This document shows, piece after piece, positions 35,888 to 50,239 of a stretch of DNA of 64,000 nt (positions within the stretch are counted from its first letter, which is position 1; the number at the start of each line of letters is the position of its first letter). The position numbers were made by a program, and so were the translations under genes. Below the pieces are notes generated by a model. The model worked only from the letters and a program-made list of their open reading frames with translations. It did no database searches and was not told the origin of the DNA. The DNA comes from Podarcis melisellensis (Eukaryota): the NCBI GenBank assembly GCA_964234715.1, contig OZ174290.1; one strand, written 5' to 3'.

Positions 35888-36228
35888 TAAAGGTAAAGCT
35901 ACCCCTGACCGTTGGGTCCAGTCGCGGACGACGGGGGTTGCTCACTCACCTTGCTCTATAGGCTGAGGGAGCCCGTTTGTCTGCAGATAGCTTCTGGGTC
36001 ATGTGGCCAGCATGACAGCTGCTGCTGGTGCACGGAAACGCCATTTACCTTCCCCCCGGAGCGGTACCTATTTATCTACTTGCACTTGACGTGCCTTAGA
36101 ACTGCTAGGTGGACAGGAGCTGGGACTGAACAACGGGAGCTCACCCCGTCACGGGGATTCGAACTGCCGACCTTCTGATCGGCAAGCCCTAGGCTCTGTG
36201 GTTTAGACCACAGCGCCACCCGCGTCCC
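35888..36228 (-). mobile_element. Sauria SINE
   Basis: Homologous to 21172-21535 (GGTACCTATTTATCTACTTGCACTT, GGGATTCGAAC, CACAGCGCCACCCGCGTCCC). No clear TSD. Confidence 0.9.
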
Positions 36229-36639
36229 TTGGCATCTTGCAAATCCATGCCCTGCCTCCTGACACCACTGTCTCAGACATGCGTTGAGACTGCTCGCTCT
36301 TTTACCTGGCCTTGTGCATTTCAATGAATGCATCCCAAGCTCAAAAGTCCCCACAAGAGTAGTGCACCTGGCATAGTGTTATTGCACAAGAGAAACAATA
36401 ATTGTGGCTGGCACAGGTGTGGTTTATATCCTGCCAAACACTGATCGCCTGCATGGTTCCACCACATCTGGAGAGTGTTCTCATACCACCATGAGGGTAG
36501 CCAGTGAGTGGGGCAGGGGCCTTATTTTCCCAGATTAGCTTGAGCCCATTGTTTCCCATGGGACATGTCCCTATGCACTGCCCCTTTGGCAGGCATAGCA
36601 TCCAGGCATAGTTGCAGTCTTGAGCAGGGGTTACATATA

Positions 36640-36881
36640 CAGTGGTACCTCGGGTTAAGTACTTAATTCGTTCCGGAGGTCTGTTCTTAACCTGAAACTG
36701 TTCTTAACCTGAAGCACCACTTTAGCTAATGGGGCCTCCCGCTGCCACCACGCCGCCGGAGCACGATTTCTGTTCTCATCCTGAAGCAAAGTTCTTAACC
36801 CGAGGTACTGTTTCTGGGTTAGCGGAGTCTGTAACCTGAAGTGTATGTAACCTGAAGCGTATGTAACCCGAGGTACCACTG
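36640..36881. mobile_element. Tc1/mariner-type MITE
   Basis: 18-bp TIRs CAGTGGTACCTCGGGTTA / TAACCCGAGGTACCACTG. TA present on the left flank only. Internal TAACCTGAA repeats. Confidence 0.88.
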
Positions 36882-37560
36882 GCTTCTAACATGCCCCTTT
36901 TTTGCCAGGCGGATCAGTGGCAGGAATGACCTTCATCCACCAAGCTGCCCATTAGTGGACAGATGAATTTCTGGCAGCAGCAGCAGATTCCCAGCAGCGT
37001 GGGCTCCCCTCTGCTGTGGAGGGTAGTTGCACTGCATCCTAGCCCCTTCCAGTCTAGCAGATTCGTGGTTTGAACTGCACCGTAACACAGCATAGTAAAA
37101 CGTAGGACTCAAAACAGTAGCAAATGTAATCCGGATTAGCTACAGAAATCCCCCAAAGCCTGTTAGGAAAATTTGGTCTTTACTGCAGCAGGGAAAGCGG
37201 CTGGGTCGACTTTTCTCCAGCCCTGCTGTTCCACCGGTGATGCTAGGAACTCTGGGACGGAGCATCTGGGCTGGCTGGAGGTATGTGTGCGCCCTCTCCC
37301 TTTTTTGTTATTCCTGCACTGTGTTAGTTCCCGCCCTTCTTGCTCCTCCCCCAGCCCTGGGAGTGTGCTTCGGGGTCAAAAAACTTCCCTGCTTCAGCTC
37401 CAGCAACAGCACCCACTTAGACATAGCCGCAGCAGCAGCAGCAGGGCATTGCCCCATCTCCTCCCCCATTGCTATTGGCTGCTTGGTAAGCCAGCCCCTC
37501 CCTCTCTCACCCCCACTTGCTCTCCCCAGGTCACTCAAGATCTCATCCGCAGGAGCCGAC

Positions 37561-39511
37561 ATGGCAACAGCACACGACAGGGCAGTTTTGCACAGCATAT
37601 TCCACCCCGACGCCCCTTTTGGCGACCTCTCTGATGAGCTGGAGGAGCAGGAGACCCTCAATGGAGAAGGTGAGTTTGGCTTCGGCATGAGATGGGGCAG
37701 GGGAGAGGGACTTTCCTGTCTCTCCTGGAGGCATCAGAGCAGCTTCAAACTGCCAAGAAGTGGAGGTTCAAGGATGGTGGGGGGCTGCAAAGGGGAAAGC
37801 CCCACCTACCCATCTCTGTGTAATTGGAGTAGCAGCAAATCCCTCTGTTTTTCATTAAGGAGACCTTTACAAGGCTCTCATATCATAGCCCTGGAAGAGA
37901 GGGCCTCTCCCTCACCATCAGCAGCATAGGAGCCAACTCCTAGGGGCCGAGATCCCTTCAACACCCCCCAATAAAATATTTAAGGGGTCTGGGGGCCCCA
38001 AAATTTGATGGGCGTTCAAATTATGTGTGTGCACCATGTCTTATGATCGATTATGGTGGGTTGGGGTTTATACCTGCCCCCCAAATATTTTATCCAAGTT
38101 GGCACCCCTGGTCTGCAGCGGGGGGAGGCTGCTTTCAGAAACTTGCCAGCCTTTTTCTGCAGGCTTCATGTCCATGGTGGTGCAGCCTGACCTCTGATCG
38201 TCACCTGACCACAATTCATTGCACTTTGCCCTGGAGAAGGTGGGTGGGCTTTTCCCCACAGGCTTTCTGTCCCCTTGTCCCTGATAAATTTCTGGGCTCT
38301 CTTGAACTGCTGCATTTTAGCAGTTGTGATGTAGTCAGCCATGTAATTAGCACTGGATTGGAGGCCACTGGAAGTTCCAGTGGCTGTATAATGGGGGGGG
38401 GTGCATACCTTTATAGTCTAGCTGTCTTCTGTCCCCCCGCCCTTGACCCAGAGCTATTAACAAAACTGTGCTTCTCCTCATAATGAGACAGAAGCAACCT
38501 TTGACCTGGCGCTCCTGGAACAAGCCACTCAGCTAGAGATCCAGGGCATTGAAGCTGCCGAAGCTGGAGACCTGCAGAAGGCTTTGGAGAGATTTGACCG
38601 GGCCATTCAGCTGCTTCCTGAGCGAGCCGCAGGCTACAACAACCGGGCCCAGGCCTTCCGCCTCAAGGGCAACACAGCAAGTAAGTGAGCAAGGCAGTGC
38701 TGGTCTGTCTCCCCATTTCTGCATTGACACAGAGGATGGGGGCCCTCTGCCTGGGACAGGCACCATGTCTGCTGTGTAGCCTGAACCTAGCAAAAGGAGG
38801 ACTGAGCAAACCCCCAGGACAGGGAACACCACGTCCCTTGTCCTCTTCAAGGGCTTTTCAGAGACCTTCCCATCAGCTGTTCTCTGGGCTCAATATTGGT
38901 GCTGCAGCTTGCTTGGGAACCCACCTACCAGGGCATCTCCCCATGCACAGCCAGCCCTACAAGATCCCCGAGAATCAAAGCTCTGAGCTAAGAACCTGCT
39001 ACCTAAAGTGGAACCCAAACCACCGAAAACAGTCCCCAGTCTTAATAAAACAATTGCTTTCCATTTCAGCTCTGTCCATGCTGAAGATGGTGCCACTGTG
39101 TAGGCACAGCTGCTGCCGCTTCCCCTTCTGCAATATCTCTGCTATGATTCACAAGGCAGGTTCCATGGCGTTCCCCTCCATCATTTGCATGTATTTCTTC
39201 TCTCCCCGTCAGGTGCCCTGGAGGACCTGGGTATGGCTCTGCAGCTTAGCAGGGGCGTTGGCCGTGTAGCCTGCCAGGCGTTTGTGCAGCGAGGGCTGAT
39301 CCAGCGCTTGCAAGGCCACGAGCAAGAGGCCCATAGGGACTTTGAGCAAGCGGCCAGACTGGGCAGTGCCTTTGCCCGTCGTCAGCTGGTCCTGATGAAT
39401 CCGTACGCAGCCCTCTGCAATCAGATGCTCTCCGAAATGATAAAGAAACTGAGGGGCCCAAGCAAAGAGCCCCAGCTGGAGGCTTCCTCTGGGGAGAAAG
39501 TGTGTCGCTAA
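37561..39511 (+). CDS. TTC36: Tetratricopeptide repeat protein 36 (198 aa, 3 exons)
   Basis: Exons 37561-37669, 38492-38680, 39213-39511. [22 protein letters not shown]...[22 protein letters not shown]...[12 protein letters not shown]...ALEDL...[27 protein letters not shown] matches TTC36, and the position is syntenic. AATAAA at 39630 and 39690. Confidence 0.95.
37925..38110. mobile_element. Probable hAT-type MITE in TTC36 intron 1
   Basis: Imperfect TIRs CATAGGAGCCAACT / AGTTGGCACCCCTG; flanking 8-mers ATCAGCAG / GTCTGCAG match at 6 of 8 positions. Confidence 0.5.
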
Positions 39512-41321
39512 GGACAAACGAGGGCTCAGCCTGCAATTTCTCTCCCAAAGGCAAGCTGGGGGTGCTACTCCCCACCTTTCAAGCTCCAAATATAATATAA
39601 AAACAATGTTCCATCGGGTTACGGTCCGGAATAAACAATGGAAATTAAGCACCCTGAAAAATCTTTGTAATAAGTTTTGTTTCTTTCTTAATAAAGATCT
39701 CTGTGACAAAATTGTAATTTTATGTTATATTAATTGTTCTGATTGTGAAACAATACGTAGCTTGTTCCTAAGATGAGCTTTCCTACCTGAGGACTAGAAA
39801 GCAGTCAATGTAGCACCAACTTTTAGAAAAGGATTCAAAAGGGATCTGGGAAATTACAGGCCTGTTTGTTTATCTGCTCCTGGAAAACTGGTGGAAACCA
39901 ATACAAGTCACAACATTACCATACAGGGAGTAGGAGAAGCTCTAAAGCAGTGTTATTCCACAGATCCAGACCCAAGACCCACCTCTGAGTCCCAAGCTGC
40001 AACATGGGACCCACTTTCACTTTTAATTTATACTTAATATTGCTAATAGTGCACACTGTTAATTCTAAAATGGCAATTAACAGAGCAATATACATAGTGT
40101 TGCCTTAGCATTACTACTAAATGAAAACCAGTGCTGCAATGTGGCAGGAGAAAGGAACAGGCATGTGACTGGCCAGAAATATGCATCGTATTAAAAATTG
40201 GCTCCTGCCACATCAGAGCATTTGTAGAAATTGATAAAATGGATGTCTCATTCGGAACTTGACCTAGTCTAGACACACATGCAATGCTCCTTTTCGGCTG
40301 CTCAGCCTAAGCTGGAATCCAGCTTCTCTGTGACCCACTTGGTGTGGCCTCACAACCCACGAGATCTGCACAAAGGGATCTCTCCAAACTGAGTGAATGA
40401 GCAGTAAAATGGCAAATGCAATTCTGTATAAGTAAGTATAAAGTGATGCACAATGGATTGAAAAATAATAATCCAAGTTTCACAGACCTGCTAAGGGGGT
40501 CTGAACTAACCAGGAAAGATCTAGGAGTCCTGATGGCAGAAGATGACCTGCCCCAAACACACTCATGTGGCCAAGTTCTGCTTTACACGCTAATAAAGCA
40601 CTCATAAACCCCATCACTTCTCAGAATCACCAGTCTTAAACTCCAAGTGTTTTAAAGGCGGCCTTCCTGATGCCTGTGGGAACTCAAGAGGAGACGGAGT
40701 GAAGGCAAAAGCTTTCCCTGGCGGGGTGAGCTCAGGAGTCAAAGAATTGTAGAGTTGGAAGGGACACCCGAGGGTCATCTAGTCCAACCCCCTAAAACGC
40801 AAGAATGTTAGGGATAGACTGCTTTGGAATAAGGAGGAGCCAGCCAGACAGTTCTGGCAGAGCACCTGTTCGTCATGCTGCGAATCGGGGCCAGTAGAGG
40901 GAGGGGGCAGCTGGCAGAGGCGCCTCCCCCTCCCCGTTCTCTGGAAAAGCTCGCGGCCGACACCCCATTTTGCCCTCGAGGGTTTGCTACGAAGCAAATC
41001 TCCTCCGCCCGACGGCGAAGCGTGGCCGTCGGCCAAGAAGAAGGTGAGGCTCCCGCCGCCGCCTCCCGCACACACGGCGGAGCGAAGGATCCAGAGTCCG
41101 GGATTGCCAAGGAGCCCACGTGAAGGAGGAGGCGGAGCGGCGGGCGGCTCTGGCCGGCCAATCATTGCAGCCGCAGCCTCGACGGGACCGGGCTGCGCGG
41201 TGCAGGCTCCGCAGTGTGGGGAGCCAGAACACAGCGGGCCCCGCGTCCTGCCGGCTGGAGCGCATCAAGGTCGTCTCCTCGGAGTGCCTGCCTGCTGCCC
41301 GGCCGGCGGCCAAGGAGGCGT

Positions 41322-44925
<3,604 letters not shown>

Positions 44926-46044
44926 CGGCTGTTGCTGCACCCACCAGCAGGCGTGAAGAGCAGCAGCGGAAGTCCTGAGGAGGTGGACTTCCAAGGCAGC
45001 TTGAACTGCAGGGATGGGGCCTTGCACCTCTAAAGCAAGATCCCATGTGTGAGGCCCCAGTGCCTGAAAGGAGGATACTGATGACTGTGGTCCAGGGAAG
45101 ACCTGCAACTGCCACCCCACCCCAAGCTGCAGTACATCTCTAGGCCCACCAAGTGACTCGTGTTCCCCTGAAGAACGTCCCTCCCACTATAGCCATCGGT
45201 TGGCCCACTCCTCCTTCCTCTTCCCAACCTCAGGGATGGCTCAATCTGCATGTGATGGCTCTTCCTTGGCACGAAGGGGGCCAGCCAGGCCACCGGGAAA
45301 CTGGCAAGCCCCAGCGCTGCTGCTGCTGCTGCCAACTGAGCTGAAGCATGCTGCTTTGTAGCTTCTGCACTTTACAAATAAATGGATGTGATCAAAGTGC
45401 CGTCCCTGTCCTTCCCCTTCAGAAAGCCAATGGAGGGAACCACAGCCTAAGCCCAGGCAAAAGAGGCAGGGCTCAGAAGGAAATACACCTTGTGTCTGCT
45501 CACCACTAACAGATTTGGCAACGTTCAATGGGCTGAGCTGGCCAGGGTCTGAGCTGGTAAATGACACTTTAAGGGAGGAAAAGACTCCTTGCTCATTTAA
45601 GACTTGTTGCATTTGGATTCTGAGCCCTTTATACGGGCATCCCCTGTACACTACAACAGAGGAATAAATCTGGTCCTGCACGTAAGTAGAGTCTAAGAGC
45701 CCCAAATAGCCACAGTACTCTGAAATTGTTCTGAGTCCACCCACAACTCAGGCTGCAGCCCCAGCCTACCCTCCACAGCTGTGAATCGCCTTCAAGGAAA
45801 AAGTAGCACTATGAGCAAAACTTTAATAAGGCAAATTCTCACAGAAGCTGTACAAAGAAAGGTAGATGAGATGCTGGTGGCTTTCAGAGTGGTCAGGGGC
45901 CCTTGAGCCAGATCCTGACTGCTCCATTAGGTCCACTGGAAGCCTGAATAGCAGTTGCCCAAACAAGAAGGCCTCAGGCCCTGCAGCATCACAGGCTGGC
46001 ACTTCTCTGGAACAGGTCCCACCTGGGGCAGGAAGGCAGGCGTC

Positions 46045-49000
46045 TCAGGTAAAGCTCAGGATGTCTGTCTCGCCAGCCTGTGAGGGGGGGTTGGAGGGAG
46101 GGCTTGCAACCTTCTTGCCCTCAGCCAGAGCCTTAAAATGCTGCAGGAGAAAGAAGGGGGCAGGGAGAACACCATCATTTTAGGCAGCTCTAGGGCAAGA
46201 CCGCTCCAGGTGAGGCTGGGGAAAAGACTCGGAGAGCAATCCATTCAGCAGTGCCCCCACATGAACATGGACACCAGACCAGAGCTGCTGCTCTTCAGAT
46301 CCTTGTGTCTCCTACCTGTGAATTTTTGAATTCTGAGTAGAGAGAGAAAAGGGTGTGCAGGGACTGGATATGGCCCTTGTAGACAGGAATGTCCAGAATA
46401 GCTGAAGAGAAAAAATAATGGCTATTTAGTCTGATTCCAACAAGCAAGGAGACTTTTGCTGGGTGGTGCATAGCTGAGGGGCATTTTGAGAAGAGGCCAA
46501 TTCTGACACCGACTGGAGCAGATCTCTACCCCTAAAAGGATTGGTATAGGTGAGCACCACATCAGCAAAAGGGCACTCACCACATATCATGTCTGTGTAT
46601 TCTGCCAGGCTGCAGTTAATATCTGCAGTGGGAAGGCTCACCTGAAAAGCAGAGAGGGAAAGGTCAGCTCAGTACTCTCTTTCTCTGCATGAATCTCTTT
46701 AGAGGCCCACAAGCTTCTCCCTCCTGCCAAAACTAGAAGTTGGAGAGGGGGGACAGTTGGCAGACACTACCTTTCCCAGCAGTTCTTCAAACTCAGGGGA
46801 CCACTCCTGCATCAGCGTGTCTATATCAGGCATGGGCCTACAAGGAAGAAATACCAGGGAGCAGCTTGAAATGGCCATGGTTCCTCCACCCAGAGGGTGC
46901 ATTTGCAGAGTGGCTTTCTTCCCTCACCCCCAGCACAGAGCAAAGGTGGGGCTGAGTACTGGCAGGCCTTGCCCTTGCCCTTGCCCTTGTACTCATCCCT
47001 CCCTCAAAGACGCCCACCTAGCATAGTGGACTGTAGCTGGGGGCTTGCAGCGATGCAGCTCACTGATGCTCTCAATCCAGCTCTCAATGGCTTTGGGATT
47101 CTTCTCAGCATTCTCCAGGCTCTTCACTTTAATCTGCTGCTGGAAACAGAGACCAGAACATGCCTCAATGTGCCTCCTCATCAGAGCCAAGGGCTGCCTT
47201 GCATCCAAGAGGAGTCGCTTCACCCCCCCTCTCTCTCACTTACGGCCACATTGTGCTGCTTAGAGTTTTCCGTTAACCAGAGGGAGAGAACAGTGGGGTC
47301 GGACTGCTTAGTCGATGGCTCATCCAGCACCAGCAATCCAAGATTATCTGGCTTCCCATCAGGGCGTGGAACCTATGAGAAACAAGCCAGGGTGTTTGCA
47401 CGTGAGAGTTTCCATTATTCTATTCATCGTGTACACACCCAGGTACAAGACCAGTCAATAGAGTTTCTGCTGGGAACGGTCAATCACTATAGCAAACAAA
47501 ATGTGGCCCTGCCTGTTAAGAAAGCCAAGGATCTGAAAGAAACCTTTGCTGCCCTGTCACACCAAAGGCCCCTCTAGTTCATCATTTGGTCCTCTCAGTG
47601 GCCAAGCAGATGCTCAGTGGGAAAGCCATAAGCATCACTTGAGGGCAACAAAAATTCTTCCCACTTATCTACAAGGATTCTGCAAAGCAGCTAACCTTTC
47701 AGCACTGTTGAATGTGGCTATGGAGACAAAGCATTGACAGTGCTGCCCTGTTGCACCTCCATAGAGAGGCAACAGTTCACTATGGACAACGCAGGGAAAG
47801 AGTCCTGCGTGGCAGTTCTCAGCCAGGTGCATGTAAAGGAGTGTCAGAATGAATGTAATACCTTTAAGAAGGCATCAATGTCCCCAACAGCTGGAATGAA
47901 GTCTGGAATGAAAGGTTTCAGCTTGTGCTCCAGGTCAATCATTTGTGAAGAATACCTGAGGAGCAGACACCGTGAGCAGAAGCCTGAAAAGAGACACGCC
48001 TGCCCACAATGCAGCCAAGATCCACATTACAACTCACCTCCTGATGTACTGGAAAAGCTCCTTGATCTCCAGGGAGACTGGCAGGTAGTCATAATCTGCT
48101 GAGTTGTATGCCCTGGGGAAAGAGTCAGTGGTGAGGCTGGGCAAGAGGCAATGGAAATAGGATGTGTTCAAATGCAGGGTGAGGGAGACTCTGACTCCAA
48201 GGAGAGACAAAGAAAAGCCAGCTTACATTCTCACTCTCCCTCATCCACCCCACCACCCTTAAACAAGACTGCCACCCCTACAGGCGAAAGATATTTCCTC
48301 CTGAAGCAAATAGCACCTTCCATAAGACCACATTGGGGAAGGTTTACATTCTTCCACACCTGCTGCAATCTCAGCAACTGCATTATTCTCACACTCCATT
48401 TTTAAAGTTGCATACAGATACACATTTAATGTAGCACACAGTTTAGTAGGGGTGGGGGCTGCCAAAAACAGCAAACAGACTGACTGGTCTAGCTAAGCCA
48501 CTATATTCCTGGGACACGTGATCTGCTTGGACATTCAACCATCTTCTACCTGGCTGCTATATTACAGAACAGGTGGGATATCAGTGGCCTTTCAGAGGAT
48601 GCCAGACTCCAATTCCAATCAGCCCCAGCTGCCAGTGTGGTTAATGGTCAAGTATAATGGGTGTTGTAGTTCAGCATCGTCTGGAGACCCAGAGGTTCCC
48701 CAATCCAATATTATGGACTGCTATCCTACCCAAATGTCAGTATATGGGGACCTTTGGAAGCCAGCAAAGCCTCACTTAAAAGGTGTGACTTCAATGCTTG
48801 AAAGAACTGTCTTTGCTATCACACAGGAACCTTCTCAACTTTCCAACTGGCCTATGCCGGGAGTGTGTGGGTGAAAGAGGCTGAAGGCCAAGGAAGGCTC
48901 CAGGACTTTTTTTGCTCATTGGATTCTTGGCGGAGGTAGGCATCCCTTGCCCCACCAAAATCAATTGACTTAGGAAAGCATGTTCCTGGGCAGTCTAGCC

Positions 49001-49826
49001 TTCAAGGCTGGCACACGCCATGCCTATTGGAAACAAGGGCATGATTGCATGTAAGCTTACTAACAAGTAGCAAATATATTGGCAGCCAAGCACATGCCCT
49101 TCCTAGCCAACCTCCCCCTCCCCAAATGGCAAATACCCCTCCAGAGGAGCGCCGTGCTCTTCATCGTCGTCATCGTCATCAGAGTCCGTTTCTGAAGAGT
49201 CGTCGTCCTCGTCTTCTACCTCGTTCCCACTGAAACGAGGCTGGGAGGCCAGTTGGGAGGCCTTCTTCTCCTGGGGGAGAGGGGGAAAGCGAAGGAGTGG
49301 GAGCCAACTCGGCCCTCAAGCGGCCCCATCAGCACCACGACCCCAGCCCACTGCTTCCTTGGCCCTCCAGGCGGGAAACGGGGGGGCGTGGGGGGTGGAG
49401 GCTGCTGTTCAGTGGGTACCTTGAGTATCTCCTCGTCGTCCTCCTCGCTGCTGTTTTCGGCCAGGCTCTTGTGCTGGGAGCGGACGCGGCGAGGGCCTGA
49501 GACGGTGGCAGGAGAGAAGGGCCGAGTCAGAGGCGGAGGGGGCGACCCCCCCGACCGTGTGCGCTACCCCCGTTGTCCCAGCCCCCCATACCTGCCTGCG
49601 GAGGACTGGGCGCGTAGATGCTGGCCACGTCCTCCGTCTCGTTGACGTCCAGGCTCTCATCGTAAGGCTGGTTCTCCACGATCCGCGTCTACGAGAAGGG
49701 GAGAGAAACGGGACGTGAGCCGGATCGCCCTGAGCACCCACCCACCCAGGCCGCGAAAGGCCCTCCCTCCCTCACCTGTAGGCCGGCCTCAGGCGCCGCT
49801 GCGGGAGGCGGCGGCGCACCCGCCAT
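46045..49826 (-). CDS. IFT46: Intraflagellar transport protein 46 (362 aa, 12 coding exons)
   Basis: Exons in transcript order: 49776-49826, 49592-49688, 49420-49496, 49137-49270, 48038-48112, 47862-47955, 47244-47372, 47018-47139, 46771-46837, 46581-46641, 46316-46401, 46045-46140. Acidic tract, HKLKPFIPDFIPAVGDIDAFLKVPRPDGKPDNLGLLVLDEPS, PMPDIDTLMQEWSPEFEELLGK, SEFKNSQHFKALAEG. Minus-strand ATTAAA at 45822-45827. Confidence 0.96.
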
Positions 49827-50239
49827 ATCGCCAAATAGGACCAAGTCTTCCCCGCGAGCGAGCGAGGCCTAGGCGGCCCCGTCTCCAGGGAGACGGGAGA
49901 CGAGGCCCTCGCGAGAACTCGCCTTCCTCCCGCTAGAGTGGCCAAGGAGCGAGCGATGGGCTGCAGCGACCCCTACTGGCAGGGAGGCCGGCGGCGGCGC
50001 TGCCACCGGCGAATAGGGGGGGCGGGGCCTGGCGGACACTCGTTGGGGCGAGGGGCGTGGCGGCGTGCCCTCTGCGTGCGTGACGCCGCCGCTTCCGCCT
50101 GGGAGACGTGGCTCGGGGCCGCCATCTTGTGTGGCAGGCAGAAGGAGCGGAGAGGCGCTCGGGCCCGGAGGGGAGAGGAGGAAACGGAGACGCTGCCGCC
50201 GCCGCCGCTGCTGCTGCCATCTTCGCCGTCACCTTCGCC
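49827..50239. promoter_or_regulatory. IFT46/ARCN1 bidirectional CpG-island promoter (island spans roughly 49300-50620)
   Basis: 413 nt between divergent ATGs. X-box-like GTCTCCAGGGAGAC 49881-49894; (C)CTCGCGAGA 49907-49916; GC box near 50017-50028; TGACG at 50081; ETS-like GCTTCCG at 50091; YY1 GCCGCCATCTTG 50118-50129. Confidence 0.85.

Noticed and set aside
36680-36870. Short repeated TAACCTGAA units as a CRISPR-like array
   Set aside because: Internal subterminal repeats of a MITE in a vertebrate genome; no spacer structure or cas genes.
39497-39511. TTC36 C-terminal KVCR as a prenylation signal
   Set aside because: The Cys is second from the end, so it is not a CaaX motif.
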